Shown: in pieces, positions 53,912-64,000 of the stretch
Layout of the letters: each line of letters begins with the position of its first letter
How positions within the stretch are numbered: position 1 is the stretch's first letter
DNA from: Eledone cirrhosa
Taxonomy: Eukaryota
Assembly (NCBI GenBank): GCA_964016885.1
Contig: OZ024746.1
Span: 16,864,001 to 16,928,000 of the forward strand
Length of the DNA: 64,000 nucleotides
Direction of reading: 5' to 3'
Made by a program: the position numbers and the translations under genes
Notes under the pieces: generated by a model
Told to the model about the DNA's origin: nothing
What the model saw: only the letters and a program-made list of their open reading frames with translations
Database searches by the model: none

Positions 53912-54098
53912 TGTTTCTACTTTTGGCACAAGGCCAGCAAATACCCAGTGCATTACTGGTACTTTATTTTATCGACCCCGTAAGGATGAAAGGCAAAGTT
54001 AACCTCGGCGGGATTTGAACTCAGATCATAAAGGGCCGTAACTCTATGCTGCAAAGCATGGCGTCCGACCCTCTACCGATACTGCCAATCCACCGCCT
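53912..54098 (-). mobile_element. Full-length Meta-domain tRNA SINE with perfect 18-bp TSD
   Basis: TAGTCAATTTATAATAAT at 53894-53911 and 54099-54116; intact A and B boxes. Confidence 0.92.
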
Positions 54099-55132
54099 TA
54101 GTCAATTTATAATAATAGGTATGTGTGTTTTGTATAGTGACAATAACAGAAGCCATCAAGTCAACTTAATAATTTACATTGTAAATAATTTGCAGGCGAC
54201 CTAATTTTCACACTGCTATTTCTCCAATGGTATGTGGACAATTTTGGCTGGAAGGCAGGTTATTTGTTCATTTTCCAAAGATAAAGAAAAATACCTCAAA
54301 GTGTTTTCTCACAAAATATACAAATACATCTTTGTATTGGACATTTATTTATATTTTTAATTTATTTTTGTTCTTTTTATAAATTTTAAAGCATTAACAA
54401 AAGCGTTTTTAAAATTTTTGTTTGCATTTTAGTATAACTGGGTTATTTTGTATGCCTTGTCTTGTACATATCACATTTTGACCTACCAATAAAATTGCTA
54501 CTATCATCCATCTGTGCTATGTTGTTCTATCTAGTGGTACCTATTTACAGCTATGTCTCTGCAAAGCTGGTAATATACCCAGGTCAGACATAAAATATAG
54601 ACCCCCTCCCCTATGGCTGGTAATAGGTGAGGCTAGATGGGAAATGTAGACCCCCCTAATAGACAAAAAGATGATAATAGACAAAGGCCAAGTATAAAAT
54701 GTAGGCACCATTTCAAAAGTTTCATTAAGTATTTTATTAAACAATACAAAACAGATATTTATATATGGGCTACAAGTGTGTATACAGGTAGAGTACATTG
54801 TGTACCTACATGTAACATAACAGAATAAAATAGCCAGCACCCACCTTCTTGTCTCACCTTTTTACAGCTAGGTGGACTGGGCCAGTAATGAGACATGAAA
54901 ATAGAGGCAGAAGACTAAACCATGACCTTTTGACAGGGGTCAATCCACCAAACTACTCTTCTCTTTGAAATTTCTGACATTATGAGTAAAAATGTATTCT
55001 GCCCCAAACTGCCTCTTGTTCTGTAAAACAAAATAACTAATTTTAAAGGATACCTATTTAAATTAAAACCTTCCATCATAATTTTCTAGAAGAATTTTTA
55101 AAAAGTTATGTTACAAATACCATTTTAATAAT

Positions 55133-55227
55133 TGTTTCTACTTTTGGCACAAGGCCAGCAACTAACCAGTACATTACTGGTACTTTATTTTATCGACCTC
55201 GTAAGGATGAAAGGCAAAGTTAATCTC
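55133..55227 (-). mobile_element. 5'-truncated Meta-domain SINE with TSD
   Basis: CATTTTAATAAT on both sides. Confidence 0.8.
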
Positions 55228-56104
55228 ATTTTAATAATGAAACAATAATTTTAGTAAATCCCTCCAAATTTTTCAGTAACTAATTGAAAATCAGCATATT
55301 TCCTTAGTAATATGATCATAAAAAGGTTAAAGTTTTTTTTTACATCATGGAATAATTTTTGGTAATCTGAGAGGAGTTCATGTTTAAAAGATTTAATTTA
55401 TTGCCAAGATTAAATTTTCAATCAATTTCACTGTTTGACTTCTTTTTAACATTCTTTCAATTGCAAGATAAAATTCCACTTACTATATAATTTCTTTAGT
55501 CAATGTCAATTACTACCAAGATATTTTCATCAGTCCATAAAGTGTAACATTGCAAGAATTACTGGTTTATATTATCACCCTCCTTATTCAAAAAGAAAAT
55601 AAGTTCCATTTTTGCTTTCCTGGTAATTTGAGTTTTTTAGATTTAAACTCTTAAATTTGGCTGGAAGTATTCTTGTCTGGTGTGCACAGCAGACAGCTGC
55701 TTTGACTTTGCAAGTTCTCTTTGTAATATTATATAGTGTTTATGTGTGTATATATATCATCTTCATCATTTTTTATATCCCCTTTTCATGGTTGCATGGG
55801 TTAGGCTGTCATGTACTGATGCTAGACTGGTCAGGTAGTCAGGTCTTGCTTAAACATATCATATTAGGCATAGTTTCTATGGCTGAATGCACTTCCTAGC
55901 ATCGACCAGCTTACAGGGTGTACTGAGTGCATTTTTTTTTTGTGGCACCAGCACTACCACTTTATAGAGTAGACTAGGTACATTTTATTGTGGCATCAGT
56001 ACTAGAAAGGTTGTCACATGATTATCTAGACTGAAGAGTCCTCTTAGACTCTATATTTCCTCTGGTCAGTTGCCATACACCTTATGTATGAATATGTGTG
56101 TGTG

Positions 56105-56452
56105 TCATCATCATCATCATCATTTCATTTTACATCCGCTTTTTTCCCTGCTTGCAAGGGTGGGATGGGAACTGATGCTGGCTTGATTTCTACAGCTGGA
56201 TGCCCTTCCTAACACCAACCTCATTTACGGTGAGTGCTGGGTGCTTTTTTGCCGTGGCACCTCCACGACCACTTTACAGTGGAATGATAGGGACACCAGT
56301 CCCTATCATCTCATTTCTACAGCTGAGTAAACTGGAGCAATGTGAAATAAAGTGCCTTGCTCAAGGAAACAACACATCACCCGGTCTGAGAATTGAACTC
56401 ACAACCTTTCGATTGCAAGGCCAATGCTCTAACCACTAAGCCATGTGCCTCC
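56105..56452 (-). mobile_element. Full-length tRNA-derived SINE with RTE-derived 3' tail
   Basis: Head GGAGGCACATGGCTTAGTGGTTAGAGCATTGGCCTTGCAATC..GAGTTCAATTCTC, RTE-type tail, (GAT)n. Confidence 0.88.
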
Positions 56453-56533
56453 ATGTGTGTGCATATATATATATATATGTCTTTACTCAGACCTTTTTTC
56501 TGTTTCTCCATTGTGATCCTGTCTCTAATTTGT

Positions 56534-56570
56534 ACTCCTGAAGAAGGGCTTAAGCCCGACACGTTGAACT
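56534..56570 (+). ncRNA. Mutated minimal hammerhead motif in a (TA)n-flanked insert (56479-56644)
   Basis: CTGAAGA-A-GGGC TTAA GCCC-GACA (GAAA mutated)-CGTT; weak stem I. Confidence 0.6.
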
Positions 56571-56666
56571 TTCTTTTCCTCTTTCCAATATAAAGCCTGA
56601 AACTTATAAAACTTTTTGTACCTCTGTTTGTTTTCTCTTTGAACTATATATATATATATATATATA

Positions 56667-56860
56667 AGTAGTTCCACAACAGTTAGTTCACCATACTGAG
56701 AACAAATGTTTCACCTTATGCGTATCCTCAGACTGAGCTGAGGATCCGCATAAGGTGAAACATTTGTTCTCAGTATGGTGAACTAACTGTTGTGGAACTA
56801 CTACTAAACTCGTCCCATGGACTGAGTGCTCTACTACGGATATAACCCTCCAGTGTTCTA
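56667..56860 (+). mobile_element. Hammerhead-bearing foldback element in (TA)n
   Basis: 65-bp arms at 56667-56731 and 56738-56802 (one mismatch), 6-nt spacer, ~58-nt tail containing CTGAGTGCTCT. Confidence 0.8.
56732..56774 (+). ncRNA. Minimal type I hammerhead ribozyme
   Basis: ACTGAG-CTGAGGA-T CC GCATAA GG T-GAAA-CATTTG-TT^-CTCAGT. Stem I is ACTGAG/CTCAGT. Predicted cleavage after 56768. Confidence 0.8.
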
Positions 56861-56861
56861 T

Positions 56862-56943
<82 letters not shown>

Positions 56944-58867
56944 CTTGATCTTCCTGTTGAAATTTCTTTCATCTGGGTGTTATTTCTAACTGCTGAGATT
57001 GTATGACTTTGTAAATGGATATAGTAGTGTTACCATTTGGAAATGAAGGAGTCAAACCTAATTTTCCAATTGTTGCTGACTGTTTCCACTGATAGTTGTG
57101 TCTGTGTTGGTAGATTAACTTTTCTGTATGGCTAGATCATGTATAAACTACGAAATGTTTTTATATGTATGCTGATATGTAGTGATCAAATTGTTCTAAA
57201 AAAAAAAAAAATACTACTATGCATTCTTATTTTTTCTCTTTGTCTTCCTTGTTTGTAATTTATTATTGTTTCTAATTCATAAAAATAGAACTTTGACTAA
57301 GATATTTTTACTATTTAGAATCAATCAATTGCATAATTTAAAACATTTCATATTAAATGTATTTAATATTTCATATTAAATGTATTTCATATTAAATGTA
57401 TTTTATTTTTTATTTTGGGGATTGGATTGTTTGTTTTACATTTTCATGGTTTATCCTTTTTCAAAATTTACGTTTTCAACTCAGTTTGAACTCAAGATAT
57501 ATTAATGAAAGAGTGGAAGAAAGAAAAATGTGGTACAAGTTTTAAATTTTGTTAAAACTGTCATGAAGCTGTGATTGGGTTTCAGTTGGGTTCAATTAAT
57601 GTTGGATTTAAACTTTGATTTCTCTTGCTAACCCAATCAATGATCTTTTGTTCAATTTTCAATATGATGGAATCACAACGAAATAATACTCCATTTTGGT
57701 TCCAAAACCAATAAAATATTAAAAAGTCATTCAAATCTTTAAATATGAAAAAAAAACAAAAAAACCCAAACTTTTTAAAAATTAAATTCTCTCTCAGACT
57801 ACTCTTTAATGACAACTCACTTAATGTCTTGATAAGTTCATGAAAGATGAAAACACAAATCTTAAATAATGTTTTATTCACCATCATCACCATGCTTGTT
57901 TCACATCTATTTTTCATGTTTTCATGGGTTAGACGAATTGTTTGTTCCCTACTGAGGTCAGACTTGTCAGCTGACTATGTCTTGCTCATATGTTCCATTA
58001 GTAGCTTAGTTTCTATAGCTGAATACCTACAGTATGTACTGAGGGCATTTTGTCATGGCACCAGCACTGCTGCCTTATATTGCAGACTGGATACCTTTTG
58101 TCATGGCACCCTTACAGGCTGGACTGGGTGTTATCAAGGCACTAGCACCCTAACACCCCTCCTTTGATTTACCCCTCAGCAGGTAATTGCCCCACCCTGG
58201 ATCTACATATCTAATCTCCACCCACCTACCCCACCCCAGTTTACACTGTAAACTGGTTTTTCTAGTGCCATGACAAAAAGCGCCCATTCCACACTGTATA
58301 GTGGTCGTGTAGATGTCACGATGAAAAGCACCAAGTCCACACTGTATAGTGGTCGTTTTGGTGCCATGAAAACAAAAGCACCCAGTACACATTGTGAATG
58401 TAGTTAGTGTTAGGAAGGACACCCAGCTGTAGAATCCCAAAACCAAAATCTGTCCAGTGTGAGACCCAGTCATCTGATCTACCTTGGTTCATATCTGGAC
58501 AACTCATCTAACCCATGCTAGTGTGGAAAACTTGATGTTAAAGGATGATATAAATAATGTGCGTGTGTGTGTATCTTCAAAAGATTATTACAGATACTAT
58601 CATCTTCACCCAGAACCTTGCACTACTACTCCACCACTATTGTGCAAATCTCTCTACTCTTGCCATCCCTGTTGGTTCCCTCACCCTATGTCTACACTAT
58701 TGCCACTTCTACTGCATTCATCTCTTTGATATTTTAAATTCCCAGAACTTGCATACGGTGCAATGCATAAACACGCACACGTACACACACACATACATAC
58801 TTTCTTACTATCTATTTCTGTCTGTATATTTGCTTGCACCCCTCCCATTTCTGTCTCCAACCTCCAT

Positions 58868-58898
<31 letters not shown>

Positions 58899-59268
58899 CT
58901 GTCACTAGAAGTATGTATGCTTGTGTGTCTCTGCATGAATGACTGTCTGCCTTATATTGTAAGTTGAAAGTATAATGTTATAATATATCTTATTTAACTG
59001 GTGAGAAATTGTAAAACACACACACACACACACGCACACGCACGCGCACTCACTCAACCACCCACCCGCCCACCCACCCACCCACTCACTCACTCACTCA
59101 CTCACTCACAAATTAAACTACTTACAGGAAAACATTTATACAAATTTAATAATATTTTTGCTTTGCTCTTTCATATGAATCTGTTCCAGTCTCTTTCATA
59201 AGATCAGTCTATATATATATATACACACACATAATATATATACATAATATACAATGTATATATATATA

Positions 59269-59464
59269 ATAAAGGGTCAGAACCTGATGGCTGAGCTCTT
59301 GCCATTTCAACAGCTAGTTCTGAACTGTTGAACAGTCCAGAACTAGCTGTTGAAACGGCAAGAGCTCAGCCATCAGGTCCAAACTCTTTATAATATAGCA
59401 TCTATCCTGATATATATATAAGATATACAAAGACCAAAATCCAAAGAGAACTCGATAAGGGTTG
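59269..59464. mobile_element. Foldback element with hammerhead 3' half in (TA)n
   Basis: Arms at 59269-59329 and 59331-59391, each carrying GAAA-YGGC AAGAGCTCA GCCA-TC-AGG. The nearby fragment has TATCGAGTTCTCT on the minus strand. Confidence 0.7.
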
Positions 59465-59477
59465 TATATATATATAT

Positions 59478-59740
59478 ATCATCATCCTCACCGTTTTACG
59501 TTCATTTTTCTATGCTAGCATGGGTTTGACAAGTTGTCCTGTTGTGGGCAATGCCAGGTCAGGTGACCATACAGAACTGATTTTGGCCTTATTTCTACAG
59601 CTGGATGCCCTTCCTAACTTCAACCCTATTTACAGTGAGTATTGGGTAATTTTTTTATTGTGGCGCCTACACTAACACGCTGTGGACTGCGTGTTTTTTG
59701 TCGTGACACCTACTCAACCACTTTACGCGGTGGCACCACT
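59478..59740 (-). mobile_element. RTE/SINE-type 3' tail fragment
   Basis: (CAT)n..CCATGCTAGCATGGG-like start and TTTCTACAGCTGGATGCCCTTCCTAAC. Confidence 0.7.
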
Positions 59741-61084
59741 GCAAATAACTATAATGATAGTTGATTGCTATAAATAATAGAAAATTATTGGGTAAAATAC
59801 TTCTGGAGATGGACAAAAGTGAACAGACACATCTCCAAGGAATTGAACCCCACATCTGTTAGATGCTGGGTGAATGTGTTAACCATTATTCTAAGGAGTC
59901 TCTGACCATTCACTGCAATTCTTTTTATTGAAGATTTTCAGCGTGTAGCTAGAAATGTGAACATCTGACTTAGGAATCATTGAGTATTTTACCTGATTCT
60001 CTCAACTATTAGTATAGTAATTTATGTTGGGATGACATTATGTAAATATCTTCAAGAGCTTAACTTTACTCTTTGTAGTATTTAGTGTTTGAGAAATAAA
60101 GTTCCTTCCCTGGATAGAATGTCAGTCTAGCAGAGTTAACATTTCCAGAAGATTTGGAATATTATATGTTCATATAAACCATTAAATTTTAGAGTGGATT
60201 TTATTTAATTCAAGGTGTCTGAGATAGAAACTTATTGGTATAGAGATCAAAACCATCGCAATAAGTGTCCCCTACTCTAGCTATCATATCACAGTGTGTT
60301 CAGTAGAGCCCTACTCTAGCGATCATTACATGTGACTGCTGGAGACATAGCTGGAATAACAGTTTTGTATGCCATACGTCTGCTTGATCAGATCTGACCT
60401 GGGGTCCACACAACTCTAACAAATAAAGCTTCAACTGAACAAATTAATACAGTTTCAGTGCCATGCATGGGATATGTCGGAAAACCAGTGATGGATTATT
60501 ATGATTCTTCAAACAAAACAGTCCATTCCTTATCTTCTCAGAAATACTTGCCACTGATTCATAATTTCTTTCTTTCCATTTATTTTTTTTAGAAGATTAT
60601 AGCTAATCCATGTTGCAGCTATTTGGTTAATTTTATATCTTTAAAGAAACACCACTAATTGTTTAAGGATTACTGTTGATCTATAGATGATTTATTTCCA
60701 TTTAGTGCTGAGGATTACAATAATTGCTTGTATCAAACCTCTTATGCTTATTAATGAGAGATGTGGGCAGATCTTAATTACTTGAATATTCACTTTGTTA
60801 AACATTAGTATTATTTTACACTTATTTATTCATTATCATACCCGTATATGTATCCAGTTTAGAATTGGTGCACCATATATCTGCATGTTGTAAGAGACAG
60901 CTAAAAGGATTGGCACCAGGAAGAACACGAGGCCTGCAAGGTTTATGTCTGCTTCAGCAGGGAAGAAACCCTAAAATTGCTTATATTATCATCATCATCA
61001 CTTTTATGTCCACTTTTCCATGTTTGCATAGTTTGGGTGTGTCCTCTCCATTACAGCATTTCATAACATATGACATTCCATTTA

Positions 61085-61332
61085 TATCTGTTATAGAAGG
61101 CTCAACACCCTGAGATCAGCTTCCATCATTTCTGCCCAAGTCTACCTTGGTCTTATTTATGATATTACATCTATTTTAGAAGGCTCAACATTGTAAGATC
61201 AGCTTCCATCAATTCTGCCTAAGTCTACCTTGGTATTATGATATTACATCTGTTTTAGAAGGTTCATTATCCTAAAATAAGCTTTTATCATTTCGGATCA
61301 AGTCTACCTTCGTCTTATTTATGATATTACAG
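61085..61332 (-). repeat. Three diverged ~80-bp tandem copies of an RTE ORF-end fragment
   Basis: AGATCAGCTTCCATCA..TCTGCC.AAGTCTACCTTGG repeated; the minus strand reads RPR*TWAEMMEADL. Confidence 0.65.
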
Positions 61333-62631
61333 TTATTTTTGCTGCTTCAAGGGAATATTTTTACAATGTTTAACTCATGTGCAATGTTAAATAGCTATTA
61401 GTTTATTGTAGAAAAATAAAATGAACAGCAAAAATTTCTTACAACAATAGGATTTGTCTGGGAATAAAGCTTATCAAAAGCTTTATTATCTAAAATTATG
61501 TATCAATAATCTTTATTGATTTATTTTTTTAAATCTTTTAAAGTTGTCTTCCTTTAATATCTTTTATGAGATTGTTTCTTATTTACTGATAATTTTTTTC
61601 TGGAAAATCTTTTTAGATTTGGTTTTTATTAATATTTTTAACAAAGCCATATGTTCAAATGTCTTCTTAGGTTTTCAAGTATATACTGCATTAAAAAAAG
61701 GGTAAAAGGAAGACAGGTAAAAACATCAATCAAACTCTACATCTTTAGTTGATCAGCAGATCTTAGCATTGCCCCACAAACAAGAGGCTAAAAGAAAAAC
61801 ATTGCCACAAAGAACAGCATAAATTATTCCAGTTTGTAGGGCTCTTTCATTAGGTACAATGCCCTCATCCAATTGATTAAATTTAGTTTGTTACTAGTAT
61901 TTATTTCATTTATCCTAAAGTGAGGAGATGTAAAGCAAACTGCATTGGCAGTTAATCTTTTTCAGCTCGGTGTTGATGTCTTTTACTGTAAGATGAATAA
62001 TTAAGATTTGTAAAGTCTGTGAATTAGCATTGATTAGAGTATTGAAGAAATGCCTTGTGGTATTTGTTCTGGCTCTCGATTCAAATCCCATTGCAGTCAA
62101 CTATGCTTTTCATATTTTCAAGTTCAATAAAAAAAAAGTACCAGTCTAGAATAGTGGATTAACAGCATTGTTAAAACATCAAATGTTACGCTTTGTGGTG
62201 GTTGTTTGGGATCTTTGCATTCAGAATTCCAATCCTACTGTGGCTTACTTGTGTGGCAGGCTTAATCACCACCATCTTGTCTTTGGGTACTTTTAGCAGA
62301 GTCCATTTTGTTGAAAGCATTTGGATGAAGTCTCCAGTTTGAGAATACTTTACCCCTCCCCTCCCTTCCCTCCCTCTTACCTGTCTTAGTTTGAATGAAG
62401 TCTCCAGTTTAAGGCTACCTTACTTGCTTTTACCTGTCTTAGAGGATCTATGAAGGGTCATAGGTACTGTCAGTCCCTCTCTGATTAAACAGTAAAAAAT
62501 AAAATCACTCAGAATAAGAAACGTTGTTAATCTTCTGAAACTAGTTTCATTATTCGTGCTTATTCTTTTAGCTTTGTATGTTCTGAGTTAAAATTCCACT
62601 GGGATCAATAAAATGAAGTACCAATCAAGTA

Positions 62632-62822
62632 CAGTATAATCAACCTTCCCCCTCTCTCTAAACTGCCAGCACTATTATATCTTGATTAGTACTGGAGTCA
62701 AGTATAATCAACCTCCCCTCTCCCTCTAAACTGCCAGCGCTATTATATTTAGATTAGTACAGGGGTCAAATGTAATCAACCTACCCTCTCTAAACTGCCA
62801 GCGCTATTATACTTAGATTAGA
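62632..62822. repeat. Three ~65-bp tandem copies derived from a SINE 3' region
   Basis: TAATCAACCT.CCC..CTCTAAACTGCCAGC.CTATTATA..T.GATTAG repeated 3 times. Confidence 0.8.
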
Positions 62823-64000
62823 AACCTCTGCTAACAGTTATTCTGTCAATCTCAATACAAAGTTGATTTTGTTTGGATGTAAACACACAACTATGACTTA
62901 ACCAACACTGTAGTGGATCTGGGCAGGCTTAAGTAGTTAAAAGGTTTGCCCCACAATCATGAGGCCCTGGGTTTGATCCCACTGTGTGGTATCTTGAGTC
63001 AATCCAAGCCTTGTGAGTGAAATTGGGTCGATGAAAACTGTGCAGAAACCTGCTGGATGGATTGTACCATGTAATTCAAAGGTTCAACCTTGTCACATAC
63101 TGTGTCAAAGAATTACATTAAGAGTACAAATATCTGCAATACTCAGTTGCTTGTACTTTAATTCACCAGTTGGGGGTTAAATAGATTGAATGGCTGAATG
63201 CTCAGATCAAAGGATAATTCTTTCAGTACACTGTAACTTGTCAAGTCTTGGTGGATCTGCGCTAAATCAAGCGACTTACACCATCAAATTGGAACAACAG
63301 CAGCCTGGTTTGGTCTTTGTTAAAAACACAAACTGAAAGAAATGAGGAGCCATCATACAGTAGCAGTGTTTTATGAAGAAAGCTAAATGAATGACTAAAT
63401 ATGTTAATTAGATATGAGTAGATTAGAAAATAATTTGTTTTTCCTGCAGCAATAAAGCTTATTAGATGTATTTCTAGGAATTATTTACAATTTAAATGAC
63501 AGGAAAAAAGGTTTTAGAGTATATGATGTTATGCTAGTTGTTTTTACCCTCAAGGTTTTTACATTGTCTCGTACACACACATACACAAGCAGATACATAC
63601 ATTCACATGCACTCGCACTCACACACATGAACTCACACACACCCAGTGACACTGACACTCTGACGTGTTCACACACACACACACACACACAGCAGCTACA
63701 ATATACACACCCACTCACACATGTGGTAAGAAATACATTTATTTCAAATATTTGAAGGTTTTGATATTGTCCAGTGAAGGCAAAAAATAAAAATTGCAAT
63801 AGCTGTGCCCCAGCATGGCCTCAGCCTGTCAGCTGGAACATGTATTAGAGTAATAGAGTAATGGTTGAAAAGGAGTGAGATGGTTGCGGCTTGAGGTCAA
63901 CTTTACCTTTGATCTCTGAGGATTGTTAAAATAAAGTACTTGTCAAGTATTGGAATAGATATAACTGACTATTTCCTCTCTTCAAATTTCTGATTTATAT

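Noticed and set aside
56370-56452. tRNA gene
   Set aside because: It is the tRNA-like head of a SINE, continuous with SINE body and tail and present in several copies

Overview
AT-rich, repeat-dense animal DNA, most likely octopus/cephalopod, inferred from the very long (TA/TG)n microsatellites, Meta-domain tRNA SINEs and (GAT)n-tailed RTE LINEs. There is no intact protein-coding gene. Almost all long ORFs in the track are microsatellite or satellite artefacts. Real coding remnants are several 5'-truncated RTE-clade LINE copies (the two longer ones with a PHD finger in the RT C-terminal region), an internally deleted bipartite RTE, and one orphan exon of the SNF2 helicase RAD54L2/ARIP4 joined in frame to a LINE 5' truncation point. 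The main finding is a set of short non-coding elements inserted in (TA)n tracts. They carry type I hammerhead ribozyme folds (complete at 9.5/9.7 kb on both strands and at 56.7 kb, near-complete at 3.2 kb, partial or mutated at 29.4, 56.5 and 59.3 kb). Most are long foldback palindromes plus a short unique tail with a shared GAGTRCT-like motif. They best fit diverse Penelope-like (PLE) pseudo-LTR or retrozyme-like elements. The window also has a 5.4 kb polypyrimidine satellite with ~1.6 kb higher-order structure and a 48-bp minisatellite derived from a LINE/SINE 3' tail. All calls were made by eye, without alignment or folding software.
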